A stretch of DNA of 64,000 bases from NCBI GenBank assembly GCA_046314355.1, contig JBKBWQ010000001.1, forward strand, positions 480,001 to 544,000, read 5' to 3'. Below, one piece after another: positions 41,652-51,900 of this stretch. The notes below the pieces were generated by a model. That model was not told where the DNA came from. It worked only from the letters and a program-made list of their open reading frames with translations, and made no database searches. Source of the stretch: Candidatus Altimarinota bacterium. GTDB lineage: Bacteria > Patescibacteriota > Gracilibacteria > 1-14-2-50-48-13. Position 1 is the first letter of the stretch, and each line of letters starts with the position of its first letter. Both the position numbers and the translations under genes were made by a program.

Positions 41652-42659
41652 TCAATACTCCTTTGAGCTCTTCCCTCTTTTTCCCTGTGTCTGCAGCAAG
41701 AGCTCTTCCCATTGCCCAAGACCGTAAGAAGTATGAGAGATCAGAAATAACAATACAACGAGAGGAAATAACAGAATATTTTTTCTTTTAACTACTAGAT
41801 AAAAACTAATCAGTAAAATAAGAATAATATATAAACTAAAGGGTACATAGGTTATGCCTCCAAGAAACAAAGCTATTGCGATCACTAAGAGCATCGGAGC
41901 AAGAAGTATTGGTCGCTCAATCATCATAGAAGGATATTTCCGAAAGAGCATGACTCTTCCCTCCCCATACAAAAACATATTTTTTGCCCAAAGATAAACA
42001 GTCGGTCTAAGTGTATGATGGACACTTCCTGCAGGATTATAAACAAAGCAGTAGCCCTCATGGGACATTCTCCATGTTATATCTGCATCCTCACTTATCC
42101 TGATCATATCCTCATCAAAAGGAAATTTTAATAGTATCTCTTTTTCATATAAAGCATTTACAGTAGCGATATGAGGTAAGTATTGCTCCTGCGGGAAAGA
42201 CATGCCATATACAGATCCATGGCTTCCAAGATAGGAATTTTTCATAGTCTCAAGAGCATCATAAAAGTAGCTGGTCTGCTCCGGAGGAATATTTGATCCT
42301 CCCACTCCTACAACTCTCTCATCTTTACTTTTCCACCTTTCATATACCTCTGACATACTGCTTAGCCAATACTTTGGAACGCTGCAGTCTGAGTCTGTAA
42401 ATGCTAAAATTCTATACCTAGATTCTCTTACCCCAGTATTCCTACTTGCAGATAAACCATCTGTACAACTGATAACTCTGAGCTGCGGGCAGGTTCTCTG
42501 TTGTTCATTGAGGTATTCTAAAGTGCCGTCAGTGGATCCTCCATCAATGAATATATACTCTATTTCTCCTGAGTAATGCTGCAAAAACAAAGACTCAAAG
42601 GATTCTTTAATAGTTGCAATAGAATTGAAACTCGGGACTATCACCGATATATTTCTCAT
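41652..42659 (-). CDS. Glycosyltransferase family 2 with C-terminal TM helices
   Basis: ISVIVPSFN, IDGGSTDGT, SRNTG, FTDSD and SEDAD motifs. Its ATG overlaps the upstream stop (ATGA). Confidence 0.9.
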   Translation of the reverse strand: MRNISVIVPSFNSIATIKESFESLFLQHYSGEIEYIFIDGGSTDGTLEYLNEQQRTCPQLRVISCTDGLSASRNTGVRESRYRILAFTDSDCSVPKYWLSSMSEVYERWKSKDERVVGVGGSNIPPEQTSYFYDALETMKNSYLGSHGSVYGMSFPQEQYLPHIATVNALYEKEILLKFPFDEDMIRISEDADITWRMSHEGYCFVYNPAGSVHHTLRPTVYLWAKNMFLYGEGRVMLFRKYPSMMIERPILLAPMLLVIAIALFLGGITYVPFSLYIILILLISFYLVVKRKNILLFPLVVLLFLISHTSYGLGQWEELLLQTQGKRGKSSKEY

Positions 42660-43396
42660 ATTCTTTTTTGTAATAAAAAAGAAAGTCTCTTGGGAATATA
42701 GTAGAATATTATTTTGAGATTTCTGATTCCATCTCTCCACGTACGTAGATGCGGTGGTTTAGAACGTTTATCTCGAAAAAAATTCATAGGAAATTCATAG
42801 ATAGCTAAGTTTAGGAAACTCGCCTTAATGGTCATCTCACTAATATATTCCATGCCGCTAGAATGAAGATCGAGATCTTTATACACGGACTGCCGAAGTC
42901 CTCTCATTCCTGAGTTACAATCTGTAATACGCAGACCATAAATGCTGTTGATAAGAAAAGTAAGAATAGGTGTACCAATATATTTATGCAGAAACGGCAT
43001 CGCATTTTTTTCCATATTCCCTCGCATTCTTGAACCAATCACCATGTCATTGCCCTTTTTCAGCAGAGTAAAGAAATCAGGAATATAAGAAAAATCATAG
43101 GAGCCGTCAGCATCCCCAAAGATAATATATTTTCCCTGTGCTTCATGAATTCCTGCATTCAGTGCTTTTCCATATCCTCTCTGTAGAACATTTACCACTT
43201 TCACTTTATATTTTTCTGCTATTTCTATACTTCCATCAGTTGAACTGTTATCAGAGATGATCACCTCTGAGGCTACTCCCATTTTACTGAGCACAAGTAA
43301 CACCTTTTCAAGAACATTCCCTAATGTTTCCTCTTCATTGAGGCATGGGATTACTACTGAGATTTCTATATTTTCTTTACCGTTAGTATCCTGCAT
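42656..43396 (-). CDS. Glycosyltransferase family 2, polyprenol-phosphate (DPM1-like) type
   Basis: SVVIPCLNEE, DNSSTDGS, GYGKAL, GDADGSY, VIGSR, TDCNSGMR and LRTWRDG motifs. Confidence 0.92.
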   Translation of the reverse strand: MQDTNGKENIEISVVIPCLNEEETLGNVLEKVLLVLSKMGVASEVIISDNSSTDGSIEIAEKYKVKVVNVLQRGYGKALNAGIHEAQGKYIIFGDADGSYDFSYIPDFFTLLKKGNDMVIGSRMRGNMEKNAMPFLHKYIGTPILTFLINSIYGLRITDCNSGMRGLRQSVYKDLDLHSSGMEYISEMTIKASFLNLAIYEFPMNFFRDKRSKPPHLRTWRDGIRNLKIIFYYIPKRLSFLLQKRI

Positions 43397-43572
43397 ATAT
43401 AGCTATAAAAACAATCACTATGAGTATATAGAGTTAGTACCTTTACTCAAATAATTGCTTGAGATTACCTGTACAGCAGTCAATCTCCTAGTCTCGTAGT
43501 AAAAATTAAGTTTTCTTTTTGGAAAAACACTGAAATACATATAATAAACATACCTTATTCCTATCTTATCTT

Positions 43573-45357
43573 GTGGGATCCATACATATTCTTTCTAAAA
43601 CAGTACAGAATCATATCGCTGCTGGTGAAGTGATCGAACGTCCTTTATCTGTAGTAAAAGAACTTGTTGAAAATAGTATTGATGCTAAATCTACACATAT
43701 CACAGTGGAGCTTTTAAATGGAGGAAAAAATCTTATTCGGGTATCTGACAACGGAATCGGGATGGACAAGGAAGATGCAGAACTAAGCATAAAGCGTCAT
43801 GCGACTTCCAAGATATCAAGCTCTGAAGATCTTTTTGCCATAGGTACATACGGTTTTCGTGGAGAAGCCTTATCCTCTATCTCAAGTATTTCCTCATTTA
43901 CTCTTGAAACAAAACAGACAGAAACCCCTGAAGGTACGCAGATAAAATTTGCGGGTGATACTCACCTTTCTACTGTGTCTGTGGGAATAGCTGATGGTAC
44001 TTCTATTAGCGTTGAGGATCTTTTCTTTAATACCCCTGCTAGGAAAAAATATCTAAAAGGTGATGATACAGAATATCATCATATCTACCGTTATCTTGTA
44101 GAAGTTGCCCTCGTCTCTTATGATAAAAGTTTTACACTCATACATAATGGAAAACGTACATTAGACCTGCGCCAGTCAACTCATGAAGAACGAATCAGAC
44201 AAATATTGGGGGGAAATTTTCTTGAGGAATCTGTTCCAGTATTTTGTGACCGCACAGATATTACGATCCGCGGATTTATTTCAAAACCTGCATTTTGTAC
44301 AAATGTTCGAAAACACCAGTATTTGTTTGTAAACAAAAGACCTGTAAATGATAGCCTTATTTCAAAGGCAGTTATGGAAGGTTATCACAGAATAATAGCA
44401 CCAGGAACTTATCCTCAATACATCTTATTTCTAGAGCTCCCACCTCATTTACTGGATGTAAATGTGCATCCTCGAAAACTTGAAGTAAAGTTTGCCGAGC
44501 CCCAGACTGTATTTGGAAGTATCAAAGGTTCAGTAAAAGAGAGTCTGGAAAAGAATGTACTTCACCCGTTAGTGAACTTATCTCCTAATGAGAACATACA
44601 ACCTTTTAGCCCTCCACCTCTATCTCAGGAAAAAAAATATCATTCCTACTCTCCGCATAGTAATGCATCCTCACCTTATGCAGTACCGAAGTATCGTGTA
44701 CTACAGTCTCAGAAAAATATTTTTGCAAATATACCGCATATTGAGGAAACTTCTCCTGCCTACACCTCACAGTCTATAAAAACATTAGCACAGTTGAAGA
44801 ACTGCTATATTCTTGCAGAAAATTCAAGTGGATTGATCATGATTGATCAACATGCTGCTCATGAGCGAATATTATTTGAGAAATTAGTCGAGAATTATAA
44901 AAGGAAAACACCTGCTTCTCAGCAGCTGCTGCATGGTGAAGTAATTGAACTCTCTAAAACTGAACAAAGTTCCTATGAAGAATATAAGGAACAAATTGAA
45001 GAGCTTGGTTATGCTCTCGATCCTTTCGGAGAAAATACTTATGTCCTTCGTGCCATACCTGAGATCGTCAATACAAAGCATGCAGATAGTAAGGAACTTT
45101 TTCTATCACTGCTCCATGAGATTCATCAAACCTCATTGCCACTACTATCAAAAGAAATTACCTCCGTGGCAGAAAAACTATTGGCATTTACAGCCTGCAG
45201 AGCTGCTGTAAAATTTGGAGATCCACTATCCATACCTGAACAGGAGGCACTTATCAAAGATTTTTTTCAACTTGAGAGAAGACATACATGTCCTCATGGA
45301 AGAACAAGTGTAGTGGAAATTACTCTTCCTGAGCTCAAGAAATATTTTGATAGGTAA
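43573..45357 (+). CDS. mutL: DNA mismatch repair endonuclease MutL
   Basis: IAAGEVIERP, DNGIGM, GFRGEAL, DVNVHP, the endonuclease motif DQHAAHERILFE, ACRAA and CPHGR. Confidence 0.97.
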   Translation: MGSIHILSKTVQNHIAAGEVIERPLSVVKELVENSIDAKSTHITVELLNGGKNLIRVSDNGIGMDKEDAELSIKRHATSKISSSEDLFAIGTYGFRGEALSSISSISSFTLETKQTETPEGTQIKFAGDTHLSTVSVGIADGTSISVEDLFFNTPARKKYLKGDDTEYHHIYRYLVEVALVSYDKSFTLIHNGKRTLDLRQSTHEERIRQILGGNFLEESVPVFCDRTDITIRGFISKPAFCTNVRKHQYLFVNKRPVNDSLISKAVMEGYHRIIAPGTYPQYILFLELPPHLLDVNVHPRKLEVKFAEPQTVFGSIKGSVKESLEKNVLHPLVNLSPNENIQPFSPPPLSQEKKYHSYSPHSNASSPYAVPKYRVLQSQKNIFANIPHIEETSPAYTSQSIKTLAQLKNCYILAENSSGLIMIDQHAAHERILFEKLVENYKRKTPASQQLLHGEVIELSKTEQSSYEEYKEQIEELGYALDPFGENTYVLRAIPEIVNTKHADSKELFLSLLHEIHQTSLPLLSKEITSVAEKLLAFTACRAAVKFGDPLSIPEQEALIKDFFQLERRHTCPHGRTSVVEITLPELKKYFDR

Positions 45358-45451
45358 TATAAAGAGATTCCGGAGTAGTTTTGGCAACCCCATTGTCTTG
45401 ATGAGTGCAGGAAAACACATATAATTGAATACGCTGTAAGATCTTATTTTT

Positions 45452-46078
45452 ATGAATATATACGCTATGACGAGTGAAGCTGTCACAACTCCAGATAGTC
45501 TAGGAACACTGGAGAATATAATGAATTCTTCTCTCGTAACGTGGATCGCCATAGGTATCCTTTTATATCTATGCGTACTATGGATAGCAATTATCCTTTG
45601 GGTTACGAAAGATATTACCAACCGGACAAACAATGTAGCATTTCAGATTGTCTGTATTTCACTGGTAATATTCCTCACTCCAATTTTTGGACTTGTGATT
45701 TATTTGATCGTTAGACCAACAAAAACACTCATTGAAAAGTACTATGAGGAATTTGAACTTGATCTCATAAATACTGAGGAACAGCTCAAAGAAGTGGAGC
45801 ACTGTCCTTTCTGCAATGCAAAGACAAATGCTACATTTAATTACTGTACGCTTTGCGCAAAAGAGATTGTGAAAGACTGCAGCAACTGTAAGAAAGCAGT
45901 ACGTGTGAACTGGGTTGCATGCCCATACTGCGGACATGCTCAGGAAGAGGTCTTTGAAAAACCTGAAGATACTTCTTTGCTGGAGAAAAAACATGCAAAG
46001 AAAAAATCTTTGGAAAAGACTGTAAAAACAAAATCTCTTAAAGAAGATTCTGCAGAAACCCCGGCATCTGCATTGTAA
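45452..46078 (+). CDS. Membrane protein with a double zinc ribbon
   Basis: Two to three TM helices followed by CPFC, CTLC, CSNC and CPYC pairs. Confidence 0.8.
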   Translation: MNIYAMTSEAVTTPDSLGTLENIMNSSLVTWIAIGILLYLCVLWIAIILWVTKDITNRTNNVAFQIVCISLVIFLTPIFGLVIYLIVRPTKTLIEKYYEEFELDLINTEEQLKEVEHCPFCNAKTNATFNYCTLCAKEIVKDCSNCKKAVRVNWVACPYCGHAQEEVFEKPEDTSLLEKKHAKKKSLEKTVKTKSLKEDSAETPASAL

Positions 46079-46142
46079 TAATGCCATTTTATATTAGCTC
46101 TACTACTCTTCCTTATGTAGACGTTATTCTTAATACTCTTCT

Positions 46143-47762
46143 ATGGATACTCAAAAAATGTATGGAAAAATTGTAGGAATATCGCTCGCTCTAGGGCTTG
46201 CAGGTGGTCTCGTTGGCTCAGCCGTCATCAATAAAATTACCGATACTACCTCTCAGTCAGCCTCTGGCAGCAGTATAGTTACTCAGTCTGAAGTCATAAA
46301 AGAAAAAATATTTACCTCTGCAATTACAGATGTTGCAAAGGAGACAAGTCCTTCTGTAGTTAGTATTGTTGTAACTAAAGAACTAAGCAGATATAGAACA
46401 AACCCAAACGATTTCTTTTCAAATGACCCCTTCTTTAATCAGTTCTTTGGAAATGATGATATTTTTACCCCTAATCAGCCGCGCAGATCTCAGCCTCAGG
46501 TAGAGACAGAAAAGCAGCAGGTTGCAGGAGGTACAGGATTTGTAGTTACGCAGGACGGAAAGATTATTACAAATAAACATGTGGTAAGTATTCCTGGTGC
46601 GGAATATACAGTACTCTTTAATGATGGTACTGAATATCCAGCAACTATTCTCAGCCGTGACCCAAGTAATGATATTGCTATTCTGCAGCTGCAGGCTAAG
46701 GATGGGCAGAAGCCTACAAATCTAAAACCTTTGAAGCTCGCAGATCAGCAGGAGGTGCAAGTAGGACAGATAGTGGTAGCTATTGGAAATGCTCTGGGAG
46801 AATTTGAAAACTCTGTCACTATGGGAGTCATCAGTGCCAAAGGTAGAAAAATAATTGCAGATGATAATACACAGGACGGTGAATCTCTCTCAAATCTTAT
46901 ACAGACTGATGCCGCTATTAACCCTGGAAACAGTGGAGGTCCACTGCTCACTCTTGATGGTGAAGTCATAGGTCTCAATACGGCAATCGCTCAGGGAGCC
47001 ACAGGAATTGGATTTGCTATCCCTGTTAGTGAGGTAGCAGCGGTACTTAAAAGTGTGAATACATATGGTAAAATAGTTCGTCCATTTCTTGGAGTGATCT
47101 ATAAAGAAAATAGTCCTGAAATTGCGAAAATCTTTAATCTTTCTGTAAATTATGGCGCTATTATTCAAAGCGATAGTGGTACATCAAGCAATAAAAGTAT
47201 TGTGAAAGATGGACCAGCTGATAAAGCAGGTATTATACCTGGAGATATTATCTTGGAGATCAATGGACAGAAGCTTGATCAGAACCATGAATTAAAGGAT
47301 ATTATTACACAATTTGCCCCAGATCAGGATATCACTATCAAAATACTGAGAGGTGCTGCAGAGATGGATAAGAAAGTTACGCTAGGTAGACGTGAGGATA
47401 CTAGTACGGATCTCGGAGCCGCATCTCCAAATACTCAAAAGGAAGCTGCATATCTTGGTATCAATGGAAAAACTCTCACTAAAGAGCTAAAAGATACCTT
47501 TAGACTACAGGCAGATAACGGCGTCATACTTTATAATGATTTCGATACAAATACTCCTGCAATAGCTCAGGATTCACCATTAAAGAGTGCAGGTTTTATG
47601 CCTAATGATGTCATAACTGCAGTGGATGGAACAGCTCTGAAGACAGTAGAGGAACTCAATAGAATGATTGATGCAAAAAAAGCGGGAGACAAAGTGAAAA
47701 TTACTGTAAACAGAATAGGAACGAATATTGAGAAGGAAGTGACACTAGGGAAAGTGAATTAG
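46143..47762 (+). CDS. htrA: HtrA/DegP-family serine protease with two PDZ domains
   Basis: N-terminal TM; TNKHVV, DIAIL and TDAAINPGNSGGPL catalytic motifs; two PDZ units (PFLGV..., AYLGI...). Confidence 0.93.
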   Translation: MDTQKMYGKIVGISLALGLAGGLVGSAVINKITDTTSQSASGSSIVTQSEVIKEKIFTSAITDVAKETSPSVVSIVVTKELSRYRTNPNDFFSNDPFFNQFFGNDDIFTPNQPRRSQPQVETEKQQVAGGTGFVVTQDGKIITNKHVVSIPGAEYTVLFNDGTEYPATILSRDPSNDIAILQLQAKDGQKPTNLKPLKLADQQEVQVGQIVVAIGNALGEFENSVTMGVISAKGRKIIADDNTQDGESLSNLIQTDAAINPGNSGGPLLTLDGEVIGLNTAIAQGATGIGFAIPVSEVAAVLKSVNTYGKIVRPFLGVIYKENSPEIAKIFNLSVNYGAIIQSDSGTSSNKSIVKDGPADKAGIIPGDIILEINGQKLDQNHELKDIITQFAPDQDITIKILRGAAEMDKKVTLGRREDTSTDLGAASPNTQKEAAYLGINGKTLTKELKDTFRLQADNGVILYNDFDTNTPAIAQDSPLKSAGFMPNDVITAVDGTALKTVEELNRMIDAKKAGDKVKITVNRIGTNIEKEVTLGKVN

Positions 47763-47773
47763 AAAGAGTAATA

Positions 47774-47812
47774 AAAAAAAGAGCAGGAGAGATACTTCCC
47801 TGCTCTTTTTTT
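47774..47812. terminator. Bidirectional Rho-independent terminator
   Basis: A-run, GAGCAGG...CCTGCTC stem, T-run; lies between htrA and the convergent tRNA-Leu. Confidence 0.85.
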
Positions 47813-47819
47813 GTGCGGT

Positions 47820-47850
47820 AGGGCTCAGAGTGTGAGTGATAGTGGGAGTA
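47820..47850. repeat. 31-nt dispersed repeat, copy 1
   Basis: AGGGCTCAGAGTGTGAGTGATAGTGGGAGTA; 29/31 identical to 60939-60969. Confidence 0.85.
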
Positions 47851-47954
47851 GTTAGTACTTAGGGATAAATTTTTTTTACATCTCAATACAAAAAAATAGC
47901 CTTCTAAATACGAAGTACTCAAGACTAATTACTCAAATTTTTGAAAAAAATTTA

Positions 47955-48041
47955 TGGTGCTCAGGAGAAGATTCGAACTTCCATACCCGTGAAGGTGCTA
48001 CCACCTCAAGGTAGTGCGTCTACCAATTTCGCCACCTGAGC
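47955..48041 (-). tRNA. tRNA-Leu (GAG)
   Basis: Minus strand GCTCAGG...CTACC-TT-GAG-GT-GGTAG, long variable arm, GTTCGAATC T-loop, CCTGAGC-A-CCA. Confidence 0.95.
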
Positions 48042-48198
48042 AGACTATTAACGATCAAACTTGCTCCTCTATTCTATGTAAAAAGTAAAAGAGTGCAAGA
48101 AAAAAGATAAGAAAACATCTAAACAGTTTTTTTACCATTTTTCTTTACTTCTATTTTTTATGGTGTAGATATATTAAAATTTATATTCAAGAGATATT

Positions 48199-48879
48199 AT
48201 GGCAAAAGACAGACATGAGAACAATAACTATTATATGGAAGATATGTTTAGAAGTTCGCCAAAAGCAACTGTAAGCTTTATTGAAGATGCGGCAACACGG
48301 TTTTTTAAGAAGCATAAATGGAACAGCTTCAAAGGAAAAACATCAGATTTGAATAAAACCTCATATGTCTTAAATCTTGATACCTACTTTGGCTGGGGTG
48401 TAAATCTTATAAAAGAAGAAGATACTGTAAATGCAACTGTCTCTCTTACTCTTATTGGCAATGCATCTTCTTCCATCCCCTTACCTGCACAAATTCCACT
48501 GAAAAACATCCCAAGAGCTAATGCTGACCAGAGTACTAAACTCTATATTAATTTTCTCAATGAACAGTTTGAAAGTTTGAAAAAACAGCAAAATACCTAT
48601 CAGCAAAAAGTCCATCATATTGTGGATAATGAGGGAGATAAAATTGTTAGTGATTTTTCAGATATTTATGAATTAAGTCAGGAGGGCTTTTACTACTTCA
48701 TCAGACATGTAGAGAAGGTTTCAAATCATTCTATTTTATCTACGACAGAAAGTTCTGCTCGTATAAGTATAGATTTGGTTGCAGAAATTGCAAAAATTTG
48801 TACTGAGATCGGAATGAGTAAGGATACTTTTGAGAAAACAATTGACGGCATCCATGAAATTTATAGATCAAAAAGATAG
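48199..48879 (+). CDS. Hypothetical protein
   Basis: 226-aa ORF filling the gap between tRNA-Leu and the SLH gene; no recognised motif. Confidence 0.6.
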   Translation: MAKDRHENNNYYMEDMFRSSPKATVSFIEDAATRFFKKHKWNSFKGKTSDLNKTSYVLNLDTYFGWGVNLIKEEDTVNATVSLTLIGNASSSIPLPAQIPLKNIPRANADQSTKLYINFLNEQFESLKKQQNTYQQKVHHIVDNEGDKIVSDFSDIYELSQEGFYYFIRHVEKVSNHSILSTTESSARISIDLVAEIAKICTEIGMSKDTFEKTIDGIHEIYRSKR

Positions 48880-48905
48880 TATGGTTGCACAGAGCCTGTG
48901 CTGAT

Positions 48906-48934
48906 TTGAAAAAATACTCTCATTAAGGTATAAT
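48906..48934 (+). promoter_or_regulatory. Sigma70-type promoter candidate for the SLH protein
   Basis: TTGAAA-17 nt-TATAAT, 25 nt before the ATG. Confidence 0.6.
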
Positions 48935-48959
48935 AGAAGGAATATCTCCAATTCTTATT

Positions 48960-51900
48960 ATGCATATTAAAAAACCTTTCCTTCTACTGATAGCTGCAGT
49001 GATTATTGCAGCTACTGTTATTATTAGCATGTTCATGAGCGGCGCACTCTTTCAAAGCTCGCTACTAGTAGATGAACCTGCACCTTCAATAGGAACCTAT
49101 GAGGCTTTTCAAAGATATAACACAACAGCATACAAAGATCATTGGACAGAAACCTTTAGCGGGGCTGTCATCAGAAGCTATTCTGGAGCAACATTGAAAA
49201 CTCTTCCTATGAGTGAGCTTGCATGGGGATACAGTTTAAAACTGCCAGGATATATGGAAATGTTTAAGACATACAAGAATACCGCTTACTTAGATCAGCT
49301 TATCGGTGTTTTTGAGGAGTTTTTACAAAATGAAAATTTTAATGATAAAGACAATGATGGAAGACGTGATTGGATGACTACACTCCCTGATGATTACGCA
49401 TATGAGAAACTTTCAAATAATACCTTCTGGGATTATGACACTCCTCAAAATAAAACAGTCCTGTATGATTTCGAAGATACACTCAAAAGTGCAGGACAAG
49501 AGACAGTAAGTATGGACTACAAAAGTAATGCTGCTAATAAAGCTGTGAAAGTCACAAAATCAACTCCAAAGAGAATTGCTCTTACAAATATAGTGCCGGG
49601 AGCTTACCATGTTATTTCTTTTATAGGTAAAAGTAATGGAAAACCTGATCTTGAAGGTTTTGCTACAGTAGTTTCAAACCCTTCAAAAGATGGGGAAACG
49701 TTTACAAAAATTACCTCCCATTGGCCGCCTGTAAGATCACCTGAATGGGAAACTCGTTATATTGCATTTAAAGCACCAGGTACTACTGCTGAACCTATTC
49801 CCCTATTTCTTGAACTGAGCATCTCCGAAAAAGGTACTGAGGATGCAGAGAGTTATTTTGATAACATAAAAGTAGGTAGTGTTGCGAATTATCCAGCAGC
49901 ACTATCGCAATCAGATAGAGCAATTCCAATTTTTTGGGAAATTTTCACAGGTGAAGGAAGTACCAGCAGTAGTGTATCCGTAAAGAGAAACTATGCAAAT
50001 ACTGGGGCTCAGAATCCTCTCTATGGCTCAGGAGTTATTCTAAAAAATAATGGCTCCGGACTTGTAGGTCTTCGGCAAGAACTCATGTACTACAGCCCAA
50101 AAAAAACATATGAGCTCGCATATCTTGCGCAGACTTCTTCCGCAGATGATATTGGAGTAGTAAGAGTCAAAGATGCTACTACCAATATGATACTTGCTGA
50201 GAGTGAATTCCAGAATACTATCCCGGATATTAAAAGTGAATATGATCCTAAAGCAAATATCGATGGATCCTGCACGGGCAAATTTATAAGCTACAAAAAC
50301 TTCAAGAAAATGACTATGACTATGTCCGAAGAAGACAGTCATAGAATAGTCGTAGAAATTGTAAATAAAGATCCATCCAAAAGCAGTACCATAGGTATCA
50401 ACTGTATCAGTATGAGACAAGTAGCGCCTTATGCAGAACATGCAGGACAGATCATGATGCCGATTGCTGAATTTATTTTAGAAGTAAAACAAAACCCTTC
50501 CCTTTCAAAGTATAAAGATGTCGCAAAAAAGTATGAAGATATTATCTTAAAAGAAATCTTACCTACCTATGAAGCTCATATCAGAGCCATACCTGGTACA
50601 GATAAACTTGTGGAATACTACCATTCAAAGGACTTTCAGGGAGTGGACTACTATGCAGATGAGGTAAGTACATCTCATAATAAATTTATGCCGATGATGC
50701 GGACATTTTTAACAATGTCAAAGGTCACTGGAAATGTAAAATATAAAGACCTTGCAATAGGTTTAAGTAAAACATTTAAGAGCGTATTAAAACTAAAGGA
50801 GAAAAATACAAAGGAATATTATATATGGAATCTCATGGATAATATCCAGCCACACGATAATCACTACAGCAATGTGGTAGAAGACTTTAGCCATGCTAAT
50901 TTAACACTAGGAGGAGTATTTGAGATGTTTGAGCATGGACTGGTCTATACAAAGAAAGATATGCAAAGATTTATCAATACATTCTTTGAAGCCACATACA
51001 ATCCAGCAATTACAGTACCATGTGTCTCCGGCGGCAAACAACTTACAAAAAGAGCTATCACACATTATGTGGACGGCTTGGCACATAATAACAATGAGAC
51101 ACCCTATGACTTAAGTTGTAGTGCTCCAATCTGGCAATGGATAAGAATAGCTGCGTATGATGTAAGAATGTGGGATGTATTTAAAGGAGCTTATACAAAA
51201 TCAACAACAGCTAAAGATCTCCAAACACTGGGATATATGGCAGAGTGGGATAACGCAAAGATCAGAAACAACAGCTTCAGCTATGAGGATGTTTATTCTG
51301 ATGGAGCTTCGCATTGGGCTCAGACAGGATCAGGAGGCACAATACTTCGAACAACGAACGCTCAAGAAATAGTTTCTCTTCCAGCAGCTCTTATGGTATC
51401 AAAAAATGCCCTCAACCAAAATATTGGAGTGACACAAACTATACTGGCAACAACACCATCACAAGCACAATATCATCTTTATTTTCATTCTAAAAACACT
51501 TCGGGTATAAAAGGAAGAGTAACAGTTACTACACAGACAGGAGCTCTTTTATTAGAAAAAGAGATTAATACTGTGACATGGACTCCTCAGGGTTATGCGA
51601 TAGCTGTACCAAGCAAAGCGACTTCATTGAAAGTTACATTTGAAATACAATCTAGTCTTCAGGAAGGTACAATGCTCTTAGATGATATATATCTTTTCCC
51701 TAAAGAAGGACCCGTTGCTATTACATATGTTCCCTACGTAGAAAATAGTAATCAGAATATTTCAAATACCAACACAACGCCAGTTGTGAATGTAAATAGT
51801 AACACTATCTCAGTTGAGAACGCTAATAAGAATTTAAATGAAAATACTGTCGTAATTACAAATACAAATACTTCTAATCAAAAAGTGATTTCAGGATATA

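Noticed and set aside
11460-43396. UGA-to-Gly recoding (genetic code 25), as in some Gracilibacteria/Absconditabacteria
   Set aside because: The 6545- and 2865-codon ORFs contain no in-frame TGA. TGA ends genes at 33998, 41652 and 42656, the last in an ATGA stop/start overlap.
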